Assembly: GCA_030390025.1 (NCBI GenBank)
Contig: CM059432.1
Span: 148,492,001 to 148,556,000 of the forward strand
Source: Squalus acanthias
Lineage: Eukaryota
DNA: 64,000 bases
Reading direction: 5' to 3'
Shown here: piece after piece, positions 38,291 through 51,269 of the stretch
How positions within the stretch are numbered: position 1 is the first letter of the stretch
Layout: every line of letters begins with the position of its first letter
Position numbers and translations under genes: made by a program
Notes under the pieces: model-generated
Databases searched by the model: none
What the model was told of the DNA's origin: nothing
The model's input: only the letters and a program-made list of their open reading frames with translations

Positions 38291-39065
38291 ATTATTATTA
38301 TAATACACATGTACTGCCGAATAAATATAATTCTCCACATTGTTTATAATAAGTTATGTTGGCAAGTTTTACTATTTGAGACTCCAGACAACATAAATAT
38401 CATATGAATGTTACTTATACATGGACAGCGTGGTGAGAAGTGCTGGGCACAGCAAAAACCAGAACAGGTTCAGTTAGCTTTCTTTATCCTGAAGCTTTTA
38501 CAAAGGAACAAGATGGGTTGGTGTTCAGAACAAACAAAGTGGCAAGAGAAACAGGAAATGTGAAAATGGATGTCACCCAAGAGTCAGGAAACAGTATCAC
38601 ACTGGTTTAATTGTTTATACTTCACTACAGCCAGAGTCATTATAGAAAAACTGAATTCATCATTGTGATCATAAATACACACAAGTACAAAATGGTGAAT
38701 GTGGGAGGCCTGGTATCTTGGGCAGTCCATAGTGAACAGGATTCCAATTAACAACAGTAGAATTCAAATTCCAGGCTTGAACTTGATCTCTCTCAGTGGA
38801 CAAGTTTCAGTAACTCTAAAGCTTCAAATGGAGGCCGTCACAGTACGGGAGGATAAAAACACCAGGATTAATCCTGCCCCTACAAGTAAGTGCTATTACC
38901 CAACCATAGATCTGTACCCACAGTGGCCTTGGAGCAGTCCGCAGTCCCAGCCACTCTCCTCCTTCCCCTATTCCCCTCCATCCCCAGCTCTAAAAGAAAG
39001 TGGGGCAGAGGGTGGCAGCAGTATACACTTTGAGAAAATTGGCATGAAAAGTCACCATTTAGCAG

Positions 39066-42000
39066 AAAGAACATAAGAACATAAGAAATAGGAGCAGGAA
39101 TAGGCCACTTGGCCCCTCGAGCCTGCTCCGCCATTCAATAAGATCATGGCTGATCTTGGGCTCAAAGCCACTTCCCCGCCCGCTCCCCATAACCCTTCAC
39201 TCCCTTATCTTGCAAAAACCTGTCTATCTCCACCTTAAATGTATTTAATGACTCAGCCTCCACAGCTCTCTGGGGCAGAGAATTCCACAGATTTAAGACC
39301 CTCAGAGAGAAGAAATTCCTCCTCATCTCAGTTCTAAAAGGGCGACCCTTTATTCTGAAACTATGCCCCCGAGTTCTAGATTTCCCCACGAGGGGAAACA
39401 TCCTCTCTGCATCTACCTTATGTTTCAATAAGATCACCGCTTATTCTTCTAAATTCCAATGAGTATAGGCCCACTCTACTCAACCTTTCCTCATAAGACA
39501 ACCCCCTCATCTCAGGAATCAACCGTGTGAATCGTCTCTGAACTGCCTCCAATGCAAATATATCCTTCCTTAAATAAGGAGATCAAAACTGTACGCAGTC
39601 CTCAAGGTGTGGTCTCACCAATACCCTGTACAGTTCTAGCAGGACTTCCCTGCTTTTATACTCCAACCCCCTTGCAATAAAGGCCAACATTCCATTTCCC
39701 TTTTTGATTACTTGCTGCACCTGCATGCTAACTTTTTGTGCTTCATGTACAAGGACCCCCAAGTCCCTCTGAACTGTAGCATTTTGTAATCTCTCTCCAT
39801 TTAAATAATAATTTGCTTTTTTATTTTTCCTGCCAAAGTTGATAACCTCACACTTTCCCACATTATACTCCATCTGCCAAATGTTTGCCCACTCACTTAG
39901 CCTATCTATATCCCTTTGCAGATTCTTTGAGTCCTCTGCACAACTTGCTTTCCCGCCCATCTTTGTATCATCCGCAAACTTGGCTACATTACACTCGGTC
40001 CCTTCATCCAAGTCATTAATGTAGATTGTAAATAGTTGAGGCCCCAGCACCGATCCCTGTGGCACCCCACTAGTTACCGTTTGCCAACCGGAAAATGACC
40101 CATTTATCCCGACTCTCTGCTTTCTGTTAGTTAGCCGATTCTCTATCCATACTAATATATTACCCCCAACTCCGTGAGCTCTTATCTTATGCAGTAACCT
40201 TTTATGTGGCACCTTATCGAATGCCTTCTGGAAATCCAAATACACCACATCCACTGGCTCACCCTTATCCACCCTGCTCGTTACATCCTCAAAGAACTCC
40301 AGGAAATTTGTTAAACATGATTTCCCTTTCATAAAACCATGCTGACTCTGCTTGACTGCATTATGATTTTCCAAATGCCCTGCTACTGCTTCCTTAATGA
40401 AGGACTCCAGCATTTTCCCAATGACAGATGTTAGGCTAACTGGTCCATAGTTTCCTGCTTTCTTTCTCCCTCCTTTCTTAAATAGGGGTGTTACATTTGC
40501 GGTTTTCCAATCCGCTGGGACCTCTCCAGAGTCCAGGGAATTTGGTATATTGCAACCAATCTCTACAGCCACTTCTTTTAAGACCCTGGGATGCAGGCCA
40601 TCTGGTCCAGGGGACTTGTCGTCTTTTAATCCCATTATTTTACCAAGTACTTTTTCCTTAGTGATAGTGATTGTCATTAGTTCCCCCCTCCCTGTGGCCC
40701 CTTGATTATCCATTATTGGGATGTTGTTAGTGTCTTCTACCGTGAAGACAGATAAAAAATATTTGTTCAGAGTCTCTGCCATTTCTCCATTCCCCATTAT
40801 TAATTCCCCAGTCTCATCCTCTAAGGGACCAATGTTTACTTTAGCTACTCTCTTCCTTTTTATATACCTGTAGAAGCTCTTACTTTCTGTTTTAATATTT
40901 CTTGCCAGTTTACTCTCATAATTCATCTTCTCTCTCTTTATTACTTTTTTAGTCATCCTTTGTTGGTTTTTTAAATGTTCCCAATCCTCTGGCCTCCCAC
41001 CAATCTTGGCAACATTGTATGCCTTCGTTTTCAATTTGATACCATCCTTTACTTCCTTAGTGAGCCACGGATAGTGCCCCCTTCTCTTAAAATCTTTCTT
41101 TTTCACTGGAATATATTTCTGTTGAGAGTTATAAAATATCTCCTTAAATGTCCGCCACTGCATTTCAACTCTCTTACCTTTTAATTTATTTTTCCAGTCC
41201 ACTTTAGCCAGTTCTGCCCTCATGCCATTGTAATTGCCTTTGTTTAAGATCAGGACACTGGTTTGAGATACAACTTTCTCACCCTCCAACTGAATTTGAA
41301 ATTCAACCATGTTATAAGAACATAAGAACATAAGAAATAGGAGCAGGAGTAGGCCAATCGGCCCCTCGAGCCTGCTCCGCCTTTCAATAAGATCATGGCT
41401 GATCTGATCCTAACCGCCAATCTACTATCTACTATCACAGAACCATCTCCTGCATCTAACAGAATTGCACACACGAAATAGGAGCAGAATCAGGCTACAC
41501 GGTCCCTGGGCCCGCTCCACTACCCACAGGGCCATGACCAATCCGAACCTAGACTCGTGTCCAAATTCCTGCCCGCTCCCCGTAACCCTTAATGCCCTTT
41601 ACTTCTAGGAAACTGTCTATTTCTGTTTTAAATTTATTTAATGATGTAGCTTCTACAGCTTTTTGTGGCAGCATATTCCATGGACCTACCACCCTCTGAG
41701 TGAAGTAGTTCCTCCTCATCTCAGTTTTGAAAGAGCAGCCCCTTATTCTAAGACTATGTCCCCTAGTTCTAGTCTCACCCGTCATCGGGAACATCCTCCC
41801 CGCATCCACCCGATCCAACCCCTTCACAATCTTATATGTTTCAATAAGATCGCCTCTCATTCTTCTGAACTCCAATGAGTAGAGTCCCAATCTACCCAAC
41901 CTCTCCTCATATGACCACCCCCTCATCCCCGGGATTAACCGAGTGAACCTTTTTTGCACTGCCTCGAGAGCAAGGATGTCTTTCCTTAAGTAAGGACACC

Positions 42001-42797
42001 AAAACTGTATGCAGTATTCCAGGTGCGGTCTCACCAATATCTTGTACAACTGAAGCAATACCTCCCTATTTTTATATTCTATCCCCCTAGCAATGAAAGC
42101 CAACATTCCATTTGCCTTCTTAATCACTTGCTGCACCTGCATACTAACCTTTTGAGTTTCGTGCACCAGGACCCCCAGATCCCTTTGCACTTCAGTACTC
42201 TCCAGTTTCTTGCCATTAAGATAATAAATTGCTCTAGGATTTTTCCTGCCAAAGTGCATCACCTCACACTTTCCAGTGTTGTATTCCATCTGCCAAATCT
42301 CTGCCCACTTACTTAGCCTGTCTATGTCCCCTTGCAGGTTTTTTATGTCCTCCTCACTCACTACTTTCCCTCCCATCTTAGTATCATCTGCAAATTTTGA
42401 TATGTTACACTTGGTCCCTTCCTCCAAATCGGATCCAAGAGGATCCTTTACTATGAGATCATTTATTAATTCTGTCTCATTACACAGTACCAGATCCAAG
42501 ATAGCCTGCTCCCTGGTCGGTTCCATTACATAATGTTCTAGGAAACCATCCCGACTACACTCAATGAACTCCTCCCCAAGGTTACCATGGCCACTCTGAT
42601 TTGTCCAATCAATCAATGGAGATTAAAATCACCCTATGATTATTACAGTACCTTTTTTACAGGCCTCCATTATTTGTTGATTTACACTCTGTCCAACAGT
42701 AATTCTACTGTTCGGAGGCCTGTAGACTATGCCCACCAGAGACTTTTTCCCCTTATTATTTTTTATCTCCACCCAAACCGATTCTACATCTTGATCT
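39066..42797 (-). mobile_element. Long CR1 ORF2 (host parts 42797-42431 and 41315-39066) interrupted by nested CR1 3' pieces
   Basis: Host reads ...ILDLVLCNE...VKDPLGS | NMVEFQIQLEG... then RT (QHGF, YLDFQKAFDKV, GVPQGSVLGP, FADD) and 3' UTR. Confidence 0.9.
41316..42430 (-). mobile_element. Nested CR1 3' fragment (42430-41475) plus an extra CR1 tail (41415-41316)
   Basis: Starts DLEEGTKCNISKFADD and ends with its own 3' UTR; a second 3' UTR with a (TTCTTATG)n tail follows. Confidence 0.85.
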
Positions 42798-43676
42798 AGA
42801 CAGGAGATTGACTAAAATTACAAAAAAGTTGAATAAAAAATACGAGCCAACATAAATCAGCCGGTTTTTCTGTCGGGTTACAAAGGATATTTGGACCATA
42901 CTTGCCATGAGATAGCAGTCTGTTATGTCACTGCAAAAACACTGGTATTCAAAGAAAACATTTCATGTTGAAGTTAAAACCACAATGGCAACAAAAAGAA
43001 AAAACGAATAGTTAGTGTTACGGCAAACCCTGAGACTGAATGGGTTTTACTGAAGGAAACTGGCAGAGCAGCTGACTGCAAGGTATGAAGATTGAAGAAT
43101 TTAATGGCTGAACAGTTGGAGGGGGCGGGGGGACAGCATTTTATAAATTCCTTTTCCACTGTTTTATGACACTCGATGTGAGTTAACCACAGAAAATTAA
43201 ACAGCACTTCCTCCCGCTGTTTGAAGTGCCAAATACTGTCTAAATGGAATATCCAAACAGAGTGGAGCTGCAGTGTCCCAGTCTCTTAAACATTCTGTTC
43301 ATCCTGATTTTTTTCCAGGTAAGTGCTGCATAGTATTAATCTTTCAAGTGATGAATTTCAGTTCAAAAGAAAACCTAACAAAGAAGTATTCTTAATCGTC
43401 ATGATAAAGGATTACATCCCCTACTGCCATGTTACTAATGGGGTAGGAGGCATTCTACGCAAACGGAAACCCATCAAATACACCTTCACAAATACCTCAA
43501 AAGGAAATCTTTTACTTTTAGACAGATCGTTAACAGGCAGTAATCTGACAGGTCCCACGCGGGCCGCTCACCAGCGTTTACATTATAAATACCGCACATG
43601 CACAGAAATTTAAAGTGACCGTGCATTAAAAGAAACAGGCCGCGCAGAACAAAGCGCAGCTCACAGGGAACATTGG

Positions 43677-45015
43677 TCCCCACCATCACAGAAGCCAGTC
43701 TTCAGCCAATTCGATTCACTCCACGTGATATCAAGAAATGGCTGAGCGCACTGGATACAGCAAAGGCTATGGGCCCCGACAACATCCCGGCTATCGTGCT
43801 GAAGACTTGTGCTCCAGAACTAGCCGCGCCTCTAGCCAAGCTGTTCCAGTACAGCTACAACACTGGCATCTATCCGACAATGTGGAAAACTGCCCAGGTA
43901 TGTCCTGTCCACAAAAAGCAGGACAAATAAAATCCGGCCAATTACCGCCCCATCAACCTAGTCTCAACCATCAACAAAGTGATGTAAGGTGTTACCGACA
44001 GTGCTATCAAGCGGCACTTACTCACCAATAACCTGCTCAGTGATGCCCAGTTTGGGTTCCGCCAAGACCACTCGGCTCCCGACCTCATTACAGCCTTGGT
44101 CCAAACATGGACAAAGGAGCTGAATTCCAGAGGTGAGGTGAGAGTGACTGTCCTTGACATCAAGGCAGCATTTTAACAAGTGTGGAACCAAGGAGCCCTA
44201 GTAAAATTGAAGTCAATGGGAATCAGGGGGAAAACTCTCCACTGGCTGGAGTCATACCTAGCACAAAGGAAGATGATTGTGGTGGTTGAAGGTCAATCAT
44301 CTCAGCCCCAGGACATCGCTGCAGGAGTTCCTCAGGGCAGTGTCCTAGGCCCAACCATCTTCAGCTGCTTCATCAATGACCTTCCCTCCAACATAAGGTC
44401 AGAAATGGGGATGTTCACTGATGACTGCACAGTGTTCACTTCAATGCGCAACTCCTCAGATAACGAAGCAGTTCGTGCCTGTTGCAGCAAGACCTGGACA
44501 ACATCCAGGCTAGGGCTGGTAAGTGGTAAGTAACATTCGTGCCACACAAGTGCCAGGCAATGACCATCTCCAACAAGAGAGAGTCTAACCACCTCTCCTT
44601 GACATTCAATGGCATTACCATTATCGCATCCTCCACCATCAACATTCTGGGGGGTCACCATTGATCAGAAATTTAACTGGACCAGCCACATAAATACTGT
44701 GGCTACAAGAGCAGGTCAGAGGCTGGGAATTCTGTGGCGAGTGTCTCACCTCCTGACTCCCCAAAGCCTTTCCACCATCTACAAGGCACAAGTAAGGAGT
44801 GTGATGGAACACTCTCCACTTGCCTGGATGAGTGCAGCTGCAACAACACTCAAGAAGCTCGACACCATTCAGGACAAAGCAGTTCGATTGATTAGCACCC
44901 CATCCACCACCTTAAACATTCACTCCCTCCACCACCGGCGTACCGTGGCTGCAGTGTGTACCATCTACAAGATGCACTGCAGCAACTCGCCAAGGCTTCT
45001 TCGACAACACCTCCC
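43677..45015 (+). mobile_element. Second CR1-group LINE RT fragment, lacking its 3' tail
   Basis: Same family as 35352-38290 (KAMGPDNIPAIVLK, GVPQGSVLGP). Ends abruptly at cttcgacaacacctccca. Confidence 0.9.
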
Positions 45016-45062
45016 ATACACATTGCACGACAATCACTGACACACTTCCCTTTCTCTTGCAG

Positions 45063-46330
45063 GCAAAAGTGGCACAGAACAGGAGGGAGCAGCGGCAGAC
45101 AGGAGGCAACCAACCTGGAGGAATCCGTCCATAACTGGAGGGGCAGTGCCGGAGAACGTGGCAACGGGGAAAGTTGAAGCCGTTGCTGATGATGACAGTC
45201 TGGTCATTCCTAATCCTTCTTCTCACATCCCACTTCCCCCTCATCCCACAATCTCTTCTCACTTACAAGATGCTGATGATGTATGCATGGAAAGTTTGCT
45301 ATCCCCCCCGTCCCCTCACCACAACCCAACTATTGTTCTGTTTTCAGATACCCAAGAACTGCCAACAGGCCAGCCTGTCCCTCATGCTATGCAGGAGAGT
45401 GAAGGAGAAGAAGAAGAAGACTCACCGTCACTGCATCTGACACTCGCAGACACCAGCTCAGAAACTGGCACTGCGCGGAACGTAGAGGTAAGTATAGAGG
45501 CGGGAGCGGCACAGGGTGAGGCACCGAGCACGAGTGGGCTGCAGCTAGGCCAGGGGGAAAGGGTAGCTCAAGTCCCAGCTCCCCGGAGGGCGAGTTCGCG
45601 CACGAGTTCTGCTGCACAGGACTCAGATGATGACCTCGATGGGGCGGCCTTCAGAAGAAGTGTGATGGGCATGCACACGGAAATGCTAGGTGCAATGGCA
45701 AGCCTGCCAGAGAGCCTCTTGTCAGTGTCAAGGAGCATGGAGGAGTCCGGCTCCAACATTGGACGGGGCTTTGCGCAGAGCTTGGTCCCATGATTTCCAG
45801 GATGGTAATGATGGACAACTCCAGCAGAGACCTTGTGGACCCAGCCATGATGCTGCGTGTAATGGGCGTTGTCGCAGCTTCTATTGCAGCACAGGCGGAC
45901 GCGACCCAACGTCTCACTGCTGCAGTGGAAGCTCAGACTGCTGCTGCCATCGTCACTGGATTTACGAATCTCGAAAGGGGCTTGCAAGATGTCGCAGCAG
46001 GCCAACAATCTGTGCCTCTAACAGATTACTAGGAATGCTGAGGTGCCTCTCCCGGGGGAGTGGCAGTGGAGCACGAACAAGCTGTCCTCTCTCAGGATGA
46101 CAGCATTCCTACTCCCACCACTGCCACTCCGCCATTGCCTTGCTGCTGCCTGTCAGCCAGCCCAGACTGCTGTCGCCCATGCCGAGGTGGTGCAGTCTAC
46201 AGCCAGGCCTTCTAGGCCCACAGCTGGTCGAGGTTGTCCTGCAAGGCCATCTGTAGTCTCCCACACTGAAAGTCAGCAGCCTTCCACCAGCTATGGGGAG
46301 CACTGCGTTGGAGCACTAGAGTAGGTAAAG
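45063..46330 (+). pseudogene. Probable Harbinger accessory (Myb/SANT-type) gene remnant, spliced, N-terminus missing
   Basis: Acceptor cttccctttctcttgcag|AKVAQNRREQRQTGG and second acceptor ttctgttttcag at about 45347; acidic low-complexity region; position opposite the transposase. The Myb domain itself was not seen. Confidence 0.55.
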
Positions 46331-46540
46331 GCACATGAATAACAGACACTAAGGGATTGCACAAGGATGATTAGTTGATATTATAATATTGATTTGCTTC
46401 TGATAAATTTATGATTTCTGTTTGGAATGTGTGTTTTGTGCTGGCTCTCATTTCAGCTTTGTGCCCAGGAGGACGCAGTGATGTTCCGTGACAGAGGGAT
46501 GGTACGATGGGGATGTGGTGAGCAAAGGGGATCTGGGGTT

Positions 46541-47660
46541 TCATTCACTGGAATCGGAGTCTGATGAGGCGTTCATGGATAGCCAATCCAGAATGGGGAT
46601 TTGCTGCCTGCCTCCTCCCTCCCTCCCTCCCTCCTCTTCCTCGTCATCTTCCTCCTCCTCCTCTCCCTCAAGAGGTGCTCCTGCAACCCTGGTGGCAAGG
46701 GCTGGGCCCTCATGATGGCCAAGTTGTGAAGCATGCAGCAGACCACATGAAATGGGACACCCACTCCGGATCGTACTGGAGGGCTCGATGGTCTGCTCGA
46801 TGATGTTCCTGGTGGCAGCATGGCTGTCATTATATGAGTGCTGGGCATGAGTGGTGGGGTTGTGGAGGGGAGTCATCAGCTAGGTGCAGAGCGGATAGCC
46901 CTTGTCTCCGAGCAGCCACCCTCGGGTTTGACGTGGTGGCTGGAAGATTGCTGGTGCACTGGACTGGCGCAGGATGAAGGCATCATGAATGCTGCCAGGA
47001 TAGCGGGCATTCACCATCATGATGCGCTGGGCGTGGTCACACACCAACTGCACATTAAGTGAGTGGTAGCCTTTGCGGTTACGGAACATCTTAGGATTGG
47101 TATGCGGTGCCCACAAAGCCACATGTGTGCAGTCGATGGTGCCCTGCACCACGGGGAATCCCGTTATCCTGCCAAAGCCACACACATGCTTGTCCCACTT
47201 CTCTCTGTTCAGAGACAAGAAAATGTAGTCCCTTCTCCTGGAGTAGAGAGCCTCTGTGACCTCCCGGATGCAGCAATGGACAGCGAACTAGGAGATGTTA
47301 GCGATGTCTCCTGCTGCAGACTGGAAGGATCTGCTGGCGAAGAAATTGAGGGCCACGGTGCCCTTGAGGGCAACTGGAAGAGCCGTGGTCACTCTGCTCT
47401 GAGGCTGCAGGTCTGGTTGCAGGAGGTGGCAGAGTTCTGTGACCACCTCCTTGGCGAAGCGGAGCCTCCTAATACACTGCTCCTCGCTTAACTGGAGGTA
47501 GGAGAAGTTCTCTCAGAAGATCCGAGGTGGGTAAGGCCCCCTGTTGAGAGCCCTCCTGGCCCTCCTCCTCCCTCTGTGCATCTTCTCCTCTTCTTCGCTG
47601 TCTCTGCTTCCTCTCCCGAATATACTCGAGCACGAGGGGGACTGCAAGTAGAGCCCCCAT
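46541..47660 (-). pseudogene. Harbinger (HARBI1-like) DDE transposase pseudogene
   Basis: RRLRFAKEVV...GFPVVQGTIDCTHV...NRKGYHSLNVQLVCD...PGSIHDAFIL...WLLGDKGYP...HAATRNIIEQTI, with in-frame stops and frameshifts. Confidence 0.88.
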
Positions 47661-49276
47661 GACTGTGAACAAGTGTTGTGAGCAGAGGCCTTTAAATGAG
47701 AATGAAGGCATTCTCCACTTGCACCAACACTCTCTGTCACCTGAGGAACTTGAAACAAGTTTAGAAAGCTGCAAGAATTGCAGAAAGTTACACAGAGCCG
47801 GTCAAACTGAGAAACCGTGCCAGCTGCAAGTTGTTGATGATGATCCCTTTGAATATCGCTGCTGGAGGCTCCTTCCTGCTGCTGAACACTTGGTCGGATG
47901 GTCCTGATTAAGAGAGGGCGGTAAGTGGAGCGCCGACAGCGAAAATAGCAAATCGTGAGTCAAGTGAGCGTTGCACACTCACTGACGTCACGATTTGCCT
48001 TATTTCCATTTCTGCAGCGAGCGCAGGCAACGGCAGCGCTGCCGACCTGCCTAAAAAGGCACCCGCCGCGGGACCCGCAGGAAGTGGGCAGAAGCAAGGC
48101 GGCCGCCATTTTTTCTTGAAAACGGGCCTTAACGGCCAGCGCTGGACCCCCAAATTTCTAGGCCTCAGTCTGTGCTAAATTAAAGGGACCAATAATTAAA
48201 CGTATGCCTATTCTCCATTCTCTCAGTTTATACAGAGACTGAATATTCAAACAAACACGGAAAGGGAACATGCAAGATGATAAGCAGAACAGCCCTTAAG
48301 CTGGATTAAATCTGAACAGATCTGTCTTAGTTTTTGACAATGAAAATGATGCTTGCCATTCGATGCGTTTAGTTTTGCTTCGTAAATACTATAGCGAGGC
48401 ACTTTGAAATGATCGGCTCAATATGCTTTGCCCATTCCACTTGTGGCTATGGCAGTCATTTTCCAACCTGATGAGAAGCTTCGCCCACCATATGTACATA
48501 TTGGTAATCTGGGCACACACCACACAGAGTGATCATTCAAATTATGGGTTGAAGGATCATGCGCAACAATGCACTCAAATTTTCAACATGCACTGCCACT
48601 GAGTGAGGTTCCCTTCCTGAAAAATAGGGCCTCATGTTTTCCTCTGTGCATTAATTTTGACAGAAAGTAGACCTATATAAACGGGACTACAATATCAGTA
48701 GAAAGTGATAGAAACTGTTTTTTACTGTTACATTAAGCCTTGTTAAATACTACAATGTTCAACACAGTCAGCCACTTGGGCATGACAGAGGAGACGTCAC
48801 TAAAGACTTGCAGGGATAGCCAACCATCTACACTATCAGTAGAAATTAGTGAAAATATATCTTTTTGCTTGTTAAGGCCTCGTCTAGGTCAGTTGGTGCA
48901 GAATTTCATGGAGAGGTGGAGATATAAACTAAATGGGAGTCCTAAACTCCAGCTCAGCATTGGCCCCTCTACCATGTGGTCTAAGACAACAGGTTGATCT
49001 TTACAGTGGAAGTTCTTTCTGGGACAGAAAGGACACCTTCTGATGAAACTACATTAGATGTTCTTCTGGAAGAGGTACAGCAGAGGAGGGTTGCTGTATC
49101 TGCGGCCGAGTTAAACCCTCCTTGTGTGTGCAAATGTGGTGCATGTACGGCAGGAGGTGGTGGATAGATTCAATATTGTCGTCTACGTCCATCGATCATG
49201 GAGCGAGCTGCTGAGGAAGACACCTTCTGCCTCTAAACCCTGTGCATTTCCACCTCCCTCTCCTCCTTTCAGACTA

Positions 49277-49546
49277 CAGGAATCCCTCCCCAACCGTGGG
49301 GGATACGTCCCTGAAAACCCCCATGGTTAGTAAAACCGCGGTTGGCAAATTCAGTATAAACACAATAAAAAAGAATATAAAAAGCCTATAAATAGCATAA
49401 AAATCATGTTTTTTACCTTGTTCCTAAATTTAAAACTGCGGATACGCGAATTTCACTGCCGCGGCTGACAAAAATTGTCGCAGAGTGGAAACCGTGTGTA
49501 CGTGAAATCCGCGTATGGCAAACCCGCGGTTGGGGCGGGATTCCTG
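49277..49546. mobile_element. Tc1/mariner-pogo (Tigger-like) MITE inserted in an L2 tail remnant
   Basis: TIRs CAGGAATCCCTCCCCAACCG / CGGTTGGGGCGGGATTCCTG; TA on both sides. Confidence 0.8.
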
Positions 49547-50164
49547 TATCCTTAAAGCCAGGTTTTGGGTCGCCCCTCCTAATATCCCCTTCTTTGGCTC
49601 AGCATTCACTGTTTTTTATTACAGCTCGATAACGCACGCCGGGATGTTTTTCCACGTTAAACGTACTATGGAAATGTAGGTTGTTGTTCAGGAACAGTTT
49701 GTCAACTCTGATTAAATAAAGTCTGGTTGAAAACTCAAATTAAATATATGCTCATATTATCCGTGTCACAAGCATTGTGCCCCAAACATGGGAGGCACTT
49801 ACATAATCACTCTTCAGACCAAAACCTTCCATGTCTGGGACGCTTCAGCTTGAACTTTGTAGCTGGTACCGAGAAATGCCTCTCCTATCACACCCAACTG
49901 TTCATTTTTGTGCCATCAAGTCAAAATCCCACCGGACCAACGTGCGCGCTGTGTAGTCCTCCAATCACACGAGGTGGGATATAGACAGGTATGGTAGTAA
50001 AGGCAGTGATGATTAGGCAGGTCTTGTGGTTTATGGAGCCAATATATTGTGGATAGGACCATAGGACTGATCATGCAGGGATACATTTGCAGATTTTAGT
50101 AAAAGTCCCATCAATCAATAATTGACACACCAGTCTTCTGAGTTGCACAATGACCACAACCATT

Positions 50165-50772
50165 TCCTCCTCCTCCTCCTCCTCCTCCTCCTCCTCCTCC
50201 TCCTCCTCCTCCTACTCCTCCTCCTCCTCCTCCTCCTCCTACTGCTCCTCCTCCTCCTCCTCCTCCTCCTACTGCTCCTCCTCCTCCTCCTCCTCCTCCT
50301 CCTCCTCCTCCTCCTCCTCCTGCTCCTCCTCCTCCTCCTCCTCCTACTGCTCCTCCTCCTCCTCCTCCTCCTCCTGCTCCTCCTCCTCCTCCTCCTCCTG
50401 CTCCTCCTCCTGCTCCTCCTCCTCCTCCTCCTGCTCCTCCTCCTGCTCCTCCTCCTCCTGCTCCTCCTCCTCCTCCTCCTGCTCCTCCTCCTCCTCCTCC
50501 TCCTGCTCCTCCTCCTGCTCCTCCTCCTCCTCCTCCTCCTGCTCCTCCTCCTCCTCCTCCTCCTGCTCCTCCTCCTGCTCCTCCTCCTCCTCCTCCTACT
50601 GCTCCTCCTCCTCCTCCTCCTCCTCCTCCTCCTCCTCCTGCTCCTCCTCCTCCTCCTCCTACTGCTCCTCCTCCTCCTCCTCCTCCTCCTACTGCTCCTC
50701 CTCCTCCTCCTCCTCCTACTGCTCCTCCTCCTCCTCCTCCTCCTCCTCCTGCTCCTCCTCCTCCTCCTCCTC
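50165..50772. repeat. (CCT)n microsatellite of about 610 bp with TAC/TGC interruptions
   Basis: Direct; it explains the poly-L, poly-S and poly-G ORFs. Confidence 0.98.
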
Positions 50773-51093
50773 TGCCAAGATCACAGGCTGATGCTTCAGC
50801 TAAACAGTTTCCCCTCTCTGGGTGGCACAATGATGCACTATATATAACAGAAGCAGATCATTTCTGGCAGCTTGTCAAACTTAAAGAGCATTACCTGCCC
50901 TAATCACGCCAAACAGCGAAATCTCAGCTTCGCCGTGTCAAGTGTACGTTCTACCAGAGTTAGAATGGATACATGAGCTTGCTGAAATGGCCATGCTCCA
51001 GAATGTCTCTGAATGGGTAAATAAGATGGGCCCCTAATGGCCTTCATCCTTAATTATCTCGTGAACACCACTCTAAATGGAATAAAATGTTAT

Positions 51094-51269
51094 GGGGGGA
51101 AAATTGAGTCGCGTCCGGCGAGTCAGGGGCGCTACCGAAGATCGTGGCCGGGGCGCGAGCAGGGCGCTGCGTACGGCAATGACGTCATCTCCGGCAGTGC
51201 AGCACAGCGGGGCGCTAACGGTTACTACCGCCACTAACCTCCCGCTGAATTTCGCGAATTTTTAGGCCT
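51094..51269. mobile_element. Internally deleted relative of the 25429-26016 element
   Basis: gggggaaaattgagtcgcgtccggcgagtcagggggcgctaccgaagatcg joins the start of the 25.4-kb copy to its 25850-25960 region; TAT on both sides. Confidence 0.7.

Larger units (their letters stand above)
45016..48164. mobile_element. Decayed autonomous-type PIF/Harbinger transposon (left end not recognised)
   Basis: Convergent accessory ORF (+) and DDE transposase (-). Right end aaatttctaggcc resembles the MITE end aatttttaggcc at 51269. Confidence 0.8.

Noticed and set aside
38190..38300. HDV-like ribozyme or 2A peptide at the LINE 5' end
   Set aside because: I could not assemble the nested double pseudoknot by eye, and no NPGP motif is present.
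46541..47660. Domesticated HARBI1 host gene
   Set aside because: In-frame stops and frameshifts, an adjacent partner ORF and a TIR-like end indicate a dead transposon.
50111..50847. Poly-Gly, poly-Leu and poly-Ser ORFs
   Set aside because: Translations of the (CCT)n microsatellite.
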